NCBI GenBank assembly: GCA_965198225.1 | Contig: CBDAOY010000005.1 | Span: 288,001 to 352,000, forward strand | Direction: 5' to 3' | DNA from: Terriglobia bacterium | Lineage (GTDB): Bacteria; Acidobacteriota; Terriglobia; 20CM-2-55-15 | DNA length: 64,000 nt | Part shown: positions 47,580-57,312 of the stretch, piece after piece | Numbering within the stretch: position 1 is the stretch's first letter | How the letters are laid out: the number at the start of each line of letters is the position of its first letter | Position numbers and translations under genes: made by a program | The notes under the pieces: model-generated | Seen by the model: only the letters and a program-made list of their open reading frames with translations | Databases searched by the model: none | Told to the model about the DNA's origin: nothing

Positions 47580-50297
47580 TTAGTTCGTTCCCCTGAGGAT
47601 GGCGATCTTGGCCGTGGAGGGGCTGAGGTATCTGGCGGCGACCGATTGGACGAAATCCAGGCCGACGAGCTGGATGTTGCCGCTGAAATCATCAACTGCC
47701 GAAACGCCGGTGCCCGCGTAAACCGAGCGCGCGTAGGCCAGAACGCGTCCCAGACGGGTCTGGAGCTGGATTTCATGGGCGCCAACGGAATAGTTGATAC
47801 CCTTCTGAAGTTCGTCTTCGGTGATCCCGTCCGCAATCAGCCGTTTGATCTCCGCCTCCAGCGACTCGAGCACCTGCGCTTCGTTCGCCGGCGAAAAGGC
47901 CGTGTAGGTAAACACGGCACCGGCCTTGGCCAGCGGGACATCCGACGCCATAACGGTGTAGGCAAGACCCTGCTGCTCGCGGATCGTCTCGAAGAAACGC
48001 CCGCCCAGGCCCGAAACGACATTTCCAAGTACCTTCAGCGCAAACCGATCCGGATTCGAGTTCGTCGGCCCGACGAAACCGTAGACGAGGGCCGTCTGCA
48101 GCCTGGAGGCTGACTCGACGTTCTCCTCACGCTCCAGGTCGACGTCGGGGATCGGCAGCGAGGAGATGTCGCGCTCAAACAGATCCTCGTTGGTCAACGC
48201 TTCTGCGATCGAAGCCACCAGCCCGGTGCCCTGCGTGTCGCCGACGATCACGATGAGAGGAACCAGCGTTCGCTGATGGAGCTGATGCCACTCGGCCAGG
48301 TTTTCCCGGGTCAGGGATCGAAGCGCCTCTTCGATGCCGACCGCCGGACGGGCATAGGAGTGCCCGTCAAAGACGGTGGACATGAACAGCTGCACGGGGT
48401 AGCGAAGATTGTCCTCGCGGAGCTTGCTGATTCGAGCCTGCTGCAGGCTGCGCTCGAGTTCCACCTCTTCGTCGGGAAACGCCGGCTCCTGGAGGATCTC
48501 GATCAGAATCTCCAGCGCCTGGCCCATCTGTCCGCTGACGCCGTCCAGGATGTAACCGAAGAAATCCTGTTCGTTGACGACCTGGATCCGAGCGCCTGCG
48601 TTTTCAAGGCGACGTCCGATGTCGGAGGTGTTGTACCGGCGGGTGCCCCGCAACGCACTGCGCAACATCAACTCGGTGATGCCCGCATTCGTCGCGGACT
48701 CGTAGAGACGCCCTCCGGGATAAAAGATCCCGAACGAAACCAGCGGCAACCGATGGTCCTCCAGAACATACACATCGGGGCCCCGGAGGATCGAACTTCG
48801 GACGACCGGCCGCACGAGGTCTTGAACGAGCTCCTGGTCCAGAAGCCGCACCTCGGCCGTAACAGGCAGTTCTTCCACAGACCGCTCGATCACTGCCTGA
48901 CCCACCAGCCGGAGCACATTCTCGCGAAAATCCGCGTCGGAGAACGATCGGGTCACCGACGCGGGCAGGTACTCGAACAGGCCGAGGTTCTCATTACCAA
49001 GGTAGGCGTTAGCGACGCGAGAGACGTCGGAGGCCGTCACACTCAGGATGCCGGGCAGGTACCCGTCCATGCGCTTCCAGTCGCCGAGCGCCTCGTGACG
49101 CGACAGTGCGTCGGCGATGCCGTCGACCGTCTCGAGTCGATGGTAGAACTCCTGGGCCAGGAGAGCCTTCGCCCGGGCCAGTTCCTCGCCGGTCACCCCG
49201 AACTGTCTGACCTGCTCGATCTCGGCCAGTGCCGCGATCTCCGCATCGACGGGCGATGCCGCGGTTTCCAATGCGATCTCGAAATAGCCGAGGTCTCTGA
49301 AACCGGACAGCGAAGCGGAAGCGCTGATGATGATGCCCTGTTCATCGCGGAGAAACCGGTTCATCCGGGATGCCCGTCCCATGGTCAGAATCGAGCGGAG
49401 GACCTCGATCGTGTGGCGGTCATCGGAGCGGGCGTCGGGAACATGGTAGCCGATCGCAATGTGGCTCTGCTCGTGGCTTCCACGCTGCCAGTTGTACCGG
49501 AAGCTTTCCTGGGGTCCTTCCGAAGGGGCGGAATCCCTTTCAACGGTCGTGTCCTCGGCGTCCCCGTAGACCCGGATGACTTGCTCCAGCAACTCTTCCC
49601 GCTCGAACCGGCCGACGAGAGTCAGGATGATGTTCGACGGCTGGTAGTACTTCCTGTAGTAGGCAACGATGTCGTCACGCGTCAGCGCCCGCAGCCCCTC
49701 GGCGCTGCCGATTCGCCATCGCCGCATTCGATGACTGCGGAACGCCGTCTCATACAACTTCTCGGACGCCACCGCAGGCGGGTTGTCAAGCTTTCGGTCG
49801 TTCTCCTGCAGGACTACTCCGATCTCGCGAGCGAGTTCTTCGGCATCGAGTGTCGGGTTCCACAGCGCATCGGCCTGGATGTCCATCGCGGCGACGGTGT
49901 TCTCGGCCGGGACGACGGCCCGGTAGACGGTACGGTCGTAAGCGGTATAGGCGTTCAGGAAACCTCCAAGGGCCTTGGTTTCCTTCGCAATCTGGCCGAC
50001 CGGCCTCTTGGGCGTCCCTTTGAAGAACATGTGCTCGATCACGTGGGAGATCCCCGAGATCCGATCGGGCTCGTCGAAGTACCCCACCTTGACGTGGGTA
50101 GTCACGCTGGTCAACGGGATGGCGTTCTGCTCTCGAACGATCACGGTCAGACCGTTCTGCAGGATGACTTTCGTCGTCTGTCCGACGTCTTCTCGAAAAA
50201 TATAAGGTCCCACGATTTCTCCGGCTATAGGTACTTCAGGAATCGGTATCGGCAGCTGCGGAATGACCTGCAGGAAAAGAAGGAAAGCGAGAAACAT
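47580..50297 (-). CDS. M16 (pitrilysin-like) zinc peptidase
   Basis: HVIEHMFFKGT (HxxEH), LNAYT and a tandem inactive second half. Confidence 0.9.
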   Translation of the reverse strand: MFLAFLLFLQVIPQLPIPIPEVPIAGEIVGPYIFREDVGQTTKVILQNGLTVIVREQNAIPLTSVTTHVKVGYFDEPDRISGISHVIEHMFFKGTPKRPVGQIAKETKALGGFLNAYTAYDRTVYRAVVPAENTVAAMDIQADALWNPTLDAEELAREIGVVLQENDRKLDNPPAVASEKLYETAFRSHRMRRWRIGSAEGLRALTRDDIVAYYRKYYQPSNIILTLVGRFEREELLEQVIRVYGDAEDTTVERDSAPSEGPQESFRYNWQRGSHEQSHIAIGYHVPDARSDDRHTIEVLRSILTMGRASRMNRFLRDEQGIIISASASLSGFRDLGYFEIALETAASPVDAEIAALAEIEQVRQFGVTGEELARAKALLAQEFYHRLETVDGIADALSRHEALGDWKRMDGYLPGILSVTASDVSRVANAYLGNENLGLFEYLPASVTRSFSDADFRENVLRLVGQAVIERSVEELPVTAEVRLLDQELVQDLVRPVVRSSILRGPDVYVLEDHRLPLVSFGIFYPGGRLYESATNAGITELMLRSALRGTRRYNTSDIGRRLENAGARIQVVNEQDFFGYILDGVSGQMGQALEILIEILQEPAFPDEEVELERSLQQARISKLREDNLRYPVQLFMSTVFDGHSYARPAVGIEEALRSLTRENLAEWHQLHQRTLVPLIVIVGDTQGTGLVASIAEALTNEDLFERDISSLPIPDVDLEREENVESASRLQTALVYGFVGPTNSNPDRFALKVLGNVVSGLGGRFFETIREQQGLAYTVMASDVPLAKAGAVFTYTAFSPANEAQVLESLEAEIKRLIADGITEDELQKGINYSVGAHEIQLQTRLGRVLAYARSVYAGTGVSAVDDFSGNIQLVGLDFVQSVAARYLSPSTAKIAILRGTN

Positions 50298-50350
50298 ACC
50301 ATTAGTTTACCCCACCCGAACACGCTGGCTCGAAGCAAGGCTTCCTTTTC

Positions 50351-50426
50351 ACCACGGAGGCACAGAGGCACGGAGGTTCTCGATGAAATCCGAATCAGAT
50401 GCTCCGTGCCTCCGTGCCTCCGTGGT
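50351..50426. repeat. Family A element (empty, near-consensus)
   Basis: ACCACGGAG-GCACAGAG-GCACGGAG...CTCCGTGC-CTCCGTGC-CTCCGTGGT. Confidence 0.85.
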
Positions 50427-50838
50427 CAATCTCCAGTCGTCTTGTGTGGTCGTCGACGTAGGTCAGGGAAACACGTGTGGCGGGGCCGGGGTCGAAGTTG
50501 CCGAGACGTTCGGCCCATTCCACGACCACCGCGGCCGCGGGTTCATCGAACATGTCTTCCAGGCCCAGATCGTCGAGCTCGCCTGACTCGATGCGGTAGA
50601 GGTCGACATGGTAGATCGGTATCCGCGCCGCGTACTGATTGACGAGCGTGAAGGTCGGGCTGGATACGTCGTCGACGTCGTCCAGACCCAGACCGGCGGC
50701 CAACCCCTTCGTGAACGTTGTCTTCCCGGCTCCGAGTTCACCGAAGAGCAGGACGTGAACGGGCAGTTCCAGCGTGCCGGCCAGTTCCCGGGCAAACTCG
50801 AATGTCTGCTCTTCGGATTTGGACAAAAAGCTGGTCAT
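50395..50838 (-). CDS. tsaE: tRNA threonylcarbamoyladenosine biosynthesis ATPase
   Basis: GELGAGKTTF, VSSPTF, HVDLYR and VEWAE. Confidence 0.93.
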   Translation of the reverse strand: MTSFLSKSEEQTFEFARELAGTLELPVHVLLFGELGAGKTTFTKGLAAGLGLDDVDDVSSPTFTLVNQYAARIPIYHVDLYRIESGELDDLGLEDMFDEPAAAVVVEWAERLGNFDPGPATRVSLTYVDDHTRRLEIDHGGTEARSI

Positions 50839-50852
50839 CGGATTCTATTTTC

Positions 50853-50980
50853 ACCACGGAGGCGCGGAGGCACGGCGGGTAACGGACAGGACCTCGGGGA
50901 GTTCAGGCACTGCGGCAAATCAAGCGAAATACGGAGCACCAAACCCGACCGACTGCCTCAACTCCGTGCCTCCGTGGTTA
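50853..50980. repeat. Family A element
   Basis: ACCACGGAG-GCGCGGAG-GCACGGCG...CTCCGTGC-CTCCGTGGTTA. Confidence 0.8.
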
Positions 50981-50983
50981 GAA

Positions 50984-52558
50984 TCAATCGCCCCGGAGTT
51001 CCCGCCAAGCCTCGGGCAGGAACCCGATGATGTCGGTGGCGACGAGGGATTCTTCCCCGAGTTCCGAGGCGGCGATGTCCCCGGCCAATCCGTGAAGGTA
51101 GACGGCGAGACAGAGACGCTCTTCTAAACCGCCCAGATGCGGCTGACCCAGGATGCCGGCTATCATTCCGGTCAGGATGTCTCCGCTTCCGGCAGTCGCC
51201 ATGCCGGCATTTCCAGTCGGGTTCACGAAGGCGGTGCCGTCCGGACACGCGATGACACTGCGGAAACCCTTCAGAACGACGTAGACGTCGTGTTCACGGG
51301 CAAAGTCACGGGCCACTTCCAGCCGATTTCGACCGATGTAAGCGACATCCTTCCCGTTGAGCCGAGCCATTTCTCCGGGGTGGGGAGTGACGATGACGCC
51401 ACCCTCAGTCCCGCGTAGCTCGGCATCGTGCCCCTCGAACGCGTTCAATCCGTCGGCATCCAGAACAACCGGGACTGAAAGACGAGTGAGCAGGCTTCGG
51501 ACCAGTTCAGCTGTTTCCGGATGTCGGCTGATTCCCGGCCCGAGCGCCACTATCGACTTTCCGGCGACCACCGTCTCCAGCCGCCCATCGTCGAGCACAG
51601 TCAGGGAGAGGGTCCCTGCATCTGTCTCCGGAAGCGGCTCGGTCATCACCTCCGCCATGTGTCCAGCTATCGTCGAAAGCACGCCCTCGGGGCCGGCGAC
51701 GGTCACCAACCCGGAGCCGGACTGAAGCGCCGCCTGTCCGGCCATCGCTGCCGCCCCAGCCTTGCCCCGAGATCCACCGATGACCAGAACCTTGCCATAG
51801 TCCCCTTTGTTCGTGTCCGGATCCCTGGTGTAGGCAGCGTCGGGAAAACTGTCGGGCAGGAGCAGGTTGACGTTCAGGCTTGGATCGTCGAACAGCTCGC
51901 GCGGGTTTCCGATGTCGGCGATCACGACCTCGCCGGCCATCTCATGAGCCGGGGCAAACACCAGGCAGAATTTCGGGGCCGACAACGTCACGGTCAAGTC
52001 CGCATCGACGGCGGGACCGGCAAGATCCGCGCTGTCGGCGGCACATCCGGAAGGCAGGTCGATCGACACGATCATCGCTGCCGGGAAGTCGTCCCTCATC
52101 GATTCAACGACGTTCCGCAACAACCCCTCGACCGGTTTGGACAGGCCTGTCCCCAGTAGTGCGTCCACGACAATGTCCGCGTCGATGATTTCCAGACGCT
52201 CCTGATTCCATTCTTCCTCCCTCTGGATCTGGACCGGCGGATATCCGATCGCAGCCAGTATGTCCAGATTCGTCTTTGCGTCACCGGTGACCTCGGAGGG
52301 CGAAGCGAACAGGAAGACCGCGGGGAAACAGCCACGCTGCATCAACTGCCTGGCAACGACAAAGCCGTCACCGCCGTTGTTCCCTTTGCCGCAAAGAATG
52401 GCCACCGACCGGGCCTCGAGCCCTTCCACGCGCGCATCGATGGCCTCGACGACGCGCATGCCCGCATTCTCCATCAGAATGCTTCCGGCAATGCCGAACC
52501 TCTCAATCGATATGCGGTCGATCTCGCGGATCTCGGCTGAAGTGAGGATCTTCGTCAA
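50984..52558 (-). CDS. nnr: Bifunctional NAD(P)H-hydrate epimerase/dehydratase
   Basis: LMENAG, GKGNNGGDG, DALLGTG, LDADGLN, TPHPGEM and ATAGSGD. Confidence 0.93.
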   Translation of the reverse strand: MTKILTSAEIREIDRISIERFGIAGSILMENAGMRVVEAIDARVEGLEARSVAILCGKGNNGGDGFVVARQLMQRGCFPAVFLFASPSEVTGDAKTNLDILAAIGYPPVQIQREEEWNQERLEIIDADIVVDALLGTGLSKPVEGLLRNVVESMRDDFPAAMIVSIDLPSGCAADSADLAGPAVDADLTVTLSAPKFCLVFAPAHEMAGEVVIADIGNPRELFDDPSLNVNLLLPDSFPDAAYTRDPDTNKGDYGKVLVIGGSRGKAGAAAMAGQAALQSGSGLVTVAGPEGVLSTIAGHMAEVMTEPLPETDAGTLSLTVLDDGRLETVVAGKSIVALGPGISRHPETAELVRSLLTRLSVPVVLDADGLNAFEGHDAELRGTEGGVIVTPHPGEMARLNGKDVAYIGRNRLEVARDFAREHDVYVVLKGFRSVIACPDGTAFVNPTGNAGMATAGSGDILTGMIAGILGQPHLGGLEERLCLAVYLHGLAGDIAASELGEESLVATDIIGFLPEAWRELRGD

Positions 52559-52572
52559 GGGAGGGCTACCTG

Positions 52573-52614
52573 AAAACGAAAAGGACGCAGAGCCCACATC
52601 GGCCCTGCGTCCTT
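52573..52614 (-). terminator. Rho-independent terminator after the peroxiredoxin gene
   Basis: On the minus strand, AAGGACGCAG..CTGCGTCCTT is followed by TTCGTTTT. Confidence 0.6.
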
Positions 52615-52630
52615 GATTGCGTCGAATGGA

Positions 52631-53188
52631 TCAGTTGTCCGAGAGCAGCGCACTCAGGTCGGTCAACAGCTTGTCGACCGGGATCAAACCACCCGTCACG
52701 TTCTTCCAGATCAAGGTTCCTTCCTCATCGATCAGGAAGTAGTAGCGGTTGGCAACCCGAACAGCGAGATTATCCCGGATTGCGCCATACATGGCGCTGA
52801 CCTTCAAATCCGGGTCACTCAGGAAGCGGTTCTTGGCCCCGACCTTGTTCTTGAACTCGTTCTGCGACGGGGCAAGATCTCTGGAAACTCCGACGATCTC
52901 GATGCCCATCTCCAGAAACTCGTCATATCTCTCACCGAACTCGGTGAACTCTCGCGTTCAGCCGCCGGTGAAGTCGGCCGGGTAGAACGCGAGCAGGACT
53001 TTACTGCGACCCGTGAAATCCTTGAGTCCAATCGTCTCCTGTCCGGCGATACCGGCTGGACTCTCGAAGTCGGGGGCCTTCTCTCCTACCGTCGGGGTGT
53101 TGTCGGCACCTGGTGCGGACAACTGGCTGAAGGCCATCGGGGCCATCACCAATGCCACGATCGGAAGGAGCACGGCAATCCTCTTCAT
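52631..53188 (-). CDS. Selenocysteine-containing peroxiredoxin (AhpC/TSA/BCP-like, 185 aa, signal peptide)
   Basis: Two track ORFs are in frame across TGA 52960-52958. The joined read FYPADFTGG-U-TRE matches PxxxTxxC. Confidence 0.85.
52932..52957 (-). promoter_or_regulatory. Candidate bacterial SECIS hairpin
   Basis: TCACCG-AGTT-CGGTGA, with the loop starting 16 nt after the UGA. Confidence 0.6.
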
Positions 53189-53399
53189 CTCTGTCGTCCT
53201 CCTATTAAATCGGCGGCGAGGGGCTCGACGCCTCGTGGAAATGACCCGGCACTCAGTCTCTGGGACCTGCCGGACCCGGAATGAGAACCTGTAGATGATA
53301 TGCTAAGATTTCCGTCTTATGCAAGGTTTCGCACCAGCGAAGTCTTGAGTTGTCAATAATTAAGGCCGATTACGGGCCCGCCCCCCGGTTCTAGATCGA

Positions 53400-54620
53400 A
53401 TGTCACTCGCAAATGTCAAAAAGTTGGAGGCAGCCTACCTCCTGGGTATCTACAACCGCTACGAGGTCCTGATCGACCGAGGTAGCGGGCCGTACCTGTT
53501 CGATCGCAGCAACAAACGATACCTGGACCTGATGGCCGGTATCGGTGTCAACGCACTGGGGTATGGCGACCCGCGGATTCTCCGAGTCCTGCGAAAGCAG
53601 ATCAAGAAGCCTATTCACATCTCCAACCTGCTTTACCACGACTACCAGGGGCGGTTGGGGGAACGGCTCGTGCAGGTCTCCGGGCTGGACCGGGTGTTCT
53701 TTACGAACAGTGGCACGGAATCGGTCGAAGGATGCCTCAAGTTCGCCCGGGTCTACGCGAACCGGAAGGTCGAGCCCACGTCGGAACGCAGGTACCGGGT
53801 GCTTGCACTGGAGGGATCCTTTCATGGACGTTCGCTGGGTTCGCTCTCCGCGACCAATAAGCAGAAATACCGCGAACCCTTCGAACCGCTCGTGCCTGGT
53901 TTCGAGTTCGTCCGGTTCAACGATGTCGCGGACCTGGAATCGAAGTTCTCCGACGATGTCTGCGGGGTGATCATCGAAACGATGCAAGGCGAGGGTGGCG
54001 TCCGTCCCGTCTCCGAAGAGTACTACCGGCGGGCGCGAAGGCTTACCAGGGACTCAGGGTGTGTCCTCATTTGCGATGAAATCCAGTGCGGTCTGGGACG
54101 CACCGGGCGTTGGTTCGCCTTCCACAAATTCGCCGATCCGAACCGGAGGGAGGAACTTCCCGACCTGGTGTCTGTGGCCAAGCCGCTCGGGGTGGGCATC
54201 CCGCTGGGAGCCGTACTGATGAAGGAAGATCTCGCCCGGACGATTGAAGTCGGCACACACGGCACGACGTTTGGCGGCGGGCCGCTCGCATGTCGATTGA
54301 GCCTGGAACTGTTCAGGATCTTCGAGGAGGACAGCATCCTTGAACACGTCGTGGAGGTGGGCCGGCACTTCCGGCGCCGGCTCGAGGAGCTTACCGACCT
54401 GCCGATAGTCGAGGAGGTTCGTGGCGAGGGGCTGATGCTCGCCCTCGAACTGGGCGTCGCAGGCCAACCCGTCGTCAGAAAGCTGCTCGCGGAAGGCTTC
54501 ATCGTCAATTGCACCCGCGAGAGAGTACTTCGGATGCTGCCCCCGCTGATCATCACATCGAAGCAAGTGGATCGGTTCGTGAAAGTCCTGAGATCCCTGC
54601 TGGAGAACCACAATGCCTGA
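53400..54620 (+). CDS. argD: Acetylornithine aminotransferase (class III)
   Basis: YLDLMAGIGVNALG, NSGTE, SFHGR, DEIQCGLGRTG and HGTTFGG. Confidence 0.88.
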   Translation: MSLANVKKLEAAYLLGIYNRYEVLIDRGSGPYLFDRSNKRYLDLMAGIGVNALGYGDPRILRVLRKQIKKPIHISNLLYHDYQGRLGERLVQVSGLDRVFFTNSGTESVEGCLKFARVYANRKVEPTSERRYRVLALEGSFHGRSLGSLSATNKQKYREPFEPLVPGFEFVRFNDVADLESKFSDDVCGVIIETMQGEGGVRPVSEEYYRRARRLTRDSGCVLICDEIQCGLGRTGRWFAFHKFADPNRREELPDLVSVAKPLGVGIPLGAVLMKEDLARTIEVGTHGTTFGGGPLACRLSLELFRIFEEDSILEHVVEVGRHFRRRLEELTDLPIVEEVRGEGLMLALELGVAGQPVVRKLLAEGFIVNCTRERVLRMLPPLIITSKQVDRFVKVLRSLLENHNA

Positions 54621-55395
54621 CATCAAGGAACTCATTGCCAAGATCGAATCGTTCGTCCGACCGCCGACGTTCCCCATAGCCGTTCGAATGCTGTCGGATG
54701 GCGATGAGATACCCGAGCGGGCCAAACGTCCCCACCGCGACATGTCGGTCCAGATCACCACCTGTCAGGCTGTTACGATGGCGAGAAAGTATGGTTGGAC
54801 GGTCGCTATAACAACCGAGGACATCAACTGCCCACTGACCAAAGTGGCCTTCGGCCTGAAGGAGGAACCAGCGTACTTCACCGAGGGCCACTGCTGCGCC
54901 GGGATGTACACCCAGTCAGCGGAGGCAGGAGCCCGGACGGAGGCGGAAACCTATCACTTCCCTTACCACAGGTACGAAGGCATCCTCACGGCCCCCGCCG
55001 CCAAGGATGCCTTCGAGCCGCAGGTGATAATCCTCTACGGCAACCCGGCTCAGGTGATGCGACTGGTTACGGGAGCCCTCTGGAGAAACGGTGGGTCGAT
55101 CACGTCTGCGTTTACCGGAAGAATCGATTGCTCCGACGAGATCATCCGTCCGATCGAGACCGGGGAGTACCAGGTCATTCTCCCTTGTTACGGCGACCGT
55201 GTGTTCGGCCAGACCGAAGACCATGAGATGGCGTTCTCCCTGCCCGCGTCCAGGATCGACGAACTCGTCGAAGGACTCGATGGGACCCACAAAGGCGGAG
55301 TCCGTTACCCGATCCCCTCTTTCGTCCGCTACTCGGGCCAGTTCCCGGCGAGTTACAACAAGCTGGATGAAATCTGGGCAGCGGAAGATTCCTGA
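54613..55395 (+). CDS. DUF169 domain protein
   Basis: TCQAV..AR..G, INCP, NPAQ.MRL and LPCYGDR. Confidence 0.75.
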   Translation: MPDIKELIAKIESFVRPPTFPIAVRMLSDGDEIPERAKRPHRDMSVQITTCQAVTMARKYGWTVAITTEDINCPLTKVAFGLKEEPAYFTEGHCCAGMYTQSAEAGARTEAETYHFPYHRYEGILTAPAAKDAFEPQVIILYGNPAQVMRLVTGALWRNGGSITSAFTGRIDCSDEIIRPIETGEYQVILPCYGDRVFGQTEDHEMAFSLPASRIDELVEGLDGTHKGGVRYPIPSFVRYSGQFPASYNKLDEIWAAEDS

Positions 55396-55427
55396 CTGAA
55401 GTCAGCTTCCGTCTTGAAACGTTTTTG

Positions 55428-55539
55428 TTTCAACACGAAGTCACGAAGGACACGAAGAAGAGGGATCTTTTTCATCACCTAGGATCCCCGGGGGAAAACC
55501 TTCGTGTTCCTTCGTTCCCTTCGTGACTTCGTGTTGAAA
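55428..55539. repeat. Family B element: inverted arms of CACGAAG units
   Basis: TTTCAACACGAAG-TCACGAAG-GACACGAAG...CTTCGTGTTC-CTTCGTTCC-CTTCGTGA-CTTCGTGTTGAAA. Confidence 0.85.
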
Positions 55540-55558
55540 AGGTAATGTGGAAAATTGG

Positions 55559-56080
55559 ATGTCGAAAATACTGGAACAGTCAATTGAGTATGAAGGGCGG
55601 CGAATCACAGTCCGGCGGGACCGGATCATCGAACCGTCGGGCAAGGAAGGGATCCGTGACATCGTTCTGCATCCCGGTGCCGTCTCGATCATCGCGTGGT
55701 CGAAACCCGATGAGATCGTCTTGATACGGCAGTACCGCCATGCAACGGGTGAGGAGCTTCTCGAGCTTCCTGCAGGAACGTTGGAGGAAGGAGAAGATCC
55801 AGTCGATACTGCTCGGCGCGAATTGGAGGAAGAAACCGGCTATCGCGCCGGCCGGATCAAGCACCGTTCCACCTACTACACCACTCCCGGATTCAGCAAC
55901 GAGCTCATGCATCTCTATGAAGCCTCCGATCTGGAAGCAAGAAAACAGCGGCTCGAAGACGACGAAGCCATCGAAGTCGTCCCGACACCCTGGGAGGACG
56001 CCCTGCGGATGGTGCACGACGGCAGGATTCGCGACGCGAAAACGCTGGTCGGCCTCTTGATGGTTAGTGCTGCAGTATGA
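55559..56080 (+). CDS. NUDIX hydrolase (ADP-ribose pyrophosphatase-like)
   Basis: ELPAGTLEEGEDP..TARRELEEETGY and DAKT. Confidence 0.88.
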   Translation: MSKILEQSIEYEGRRITVRRDRIIEPSGKEGIRDIVLHPGAVSIIAWSKPDEIVLIRQYRHATGEELLELPAGTLEEGEDPVDTARRELEEETGYRAGRIKHRSTYYTTPGFSNELMHLYEASDLEARKQRLEDDEAIEVVPTPWEDALRMVHDGRIRDAKTLVGLLMVSAAV

Positions 56081-57297
56081 GGACGACCCTCCTGAAGTTG
56101 CAGTCTCTCGAGGCGTGGCGCAAGAACCAGATCGCGGTCACGGTGTCGGGGTCGTTCGTCTTTTTCGGCTTCACACTGGTCATGCCGTTTCTGCCGCTGT
56201 ATGTCCGACAGCTCGGAGTCGAAGGCACCGGCGCAATCGCGCTCTGGACGGGTCTGATTCTGAGCATCAGCCCCGCGATGGCTGCCGTGACGGGACCGAT
56301 CTGGGGGCGCATAGGGGATCGGATCGGCCTGAAGCCGATGGCCCTCCGGGCTACCGGGGTGAACTGCCTCTGCTGGTTGGGGATGGCGTTTGCCGGCAAC
56401 GTCTGGGAACTGTTTTTGCTGCGAGCCGCGCTGGGTCTGCTCGGAGGGTTCAACAGCGTCTCCGTAGCGGCCGTCACCCAGTTGTCACCCAAGGAAAAGA
56501 TCGGCAGCGTCATCGGCACCCTGCAGTCGTCGCAGATCTTCGCCGCGGCGATCGGACCACTGGTCGGCGGCGTCCTGGCGGGCTCGATCGGCATCACGAA
56601 CACGTTCTTCGCGACCGCGATTCTGATGTTCGGATCGTTTCTCAGCATCATGCTGTTCTATCAGGATGCCGAACGAAGACCGGAGACAGCGGACGAACCC
56701 GGGCAGCGGGTCGACCGAAGCTTCCTAAAACACCCCGAGTATGTTCTTCCTCTGTTTCTCCTGTTCTTCATCCACATGAGCTTCCGCACGTTCAATCCGA
56801 TCGTTCCCCTGTTTCTCGAGGAACTGGGAACCGCGGCCACGCGCCTCGCAGCAATATCTGGGGCGTTGATCTCCATGGCGGCTTTCGGTGAAGCCTTCTC
56901 GGCCTGGATTTCGGGAAAACTGGCGGACAGGGTGGAACTCCGGAAGCTGATGGCGATTCGGCTGGCACTCGGGCTTCTGGTACTGGTTCCCATGGTCGGT
57001 GTCCAGAGTCCCGGGGGCTTTTTCGTGCTACGGGTGGCGCTGACTCTGCTGTCGGGGGGTACGATGACACTGGCCTTCAGCGCCGCCGGTCGGGTGATTC
57101 CAGGCGAACATCGGGGTACGGGCTTCAGCGTCCTTTCGAGCACTTCGCTGTTCGGCGGAGCGGCGGGGCCGATCATCGCCGGCGCTCTTGCCGGTTTCAG
57201 CATCCGCACGGTGTTCGTCTTCAACATCGTCATCTACACGGCCCTGATGCTGGCCGTCACTCGCGTCGGGCGGAGGTCGAGTGTAGATCAAACGTGA
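56077..57297 (+). CDS. MFS transporter (MdtG-like)
   Basis: PFLPLYV, WGRIGDRIG.KPM and ~12 TM segments. Confidence 0.88.
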   Translation: MRTTLLKLQSLEAWRKNQIAVTVSGSFVFFGFTLVMPFLPLYVRQLGVEGTGAIALWTGLILSISPAMAAVTGPIWGRIGDRIGLKPMALRATGVNCLCWLGMAFAGNVWELFLLRAALGLLGGFNSVSVAAVTQLSPKEKIGSVIGTLQSSQIFAAAIGPLVGGVLAGSIGITNTFFATAILMFGSFLSIMLFYQDAERRPETADEPGQRVDRSFLKHPEYVLPLFLLFFIHMSFRTFNPIVPLFLEELGTAATRLAAISGALISMAAFGEAFSAWISGKLADRVELRKLMAIRLALGLLVLVPMVGVQSPGGFFVLRVALTLLSGGTMTLAFSAAGRVIPGEHRGTGFSVLSSTSLFGGAAGPIIAGALAGFSIRTVFVFNIVIYTALMLAVTRVGRRSSVDQT

Positions 57298-57312
57298 TAA
57301 CATTTCGAATCT

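Noticed and set aside
48276-50642. 788-aa plus-strand ORF and similar long antisense ORFs (14914-16563, 28465-29739, 38687-40072)
   Set aside because: These are shadow frames opposite well-supported genes in GC-rich DNA and have no recognisable motifs.
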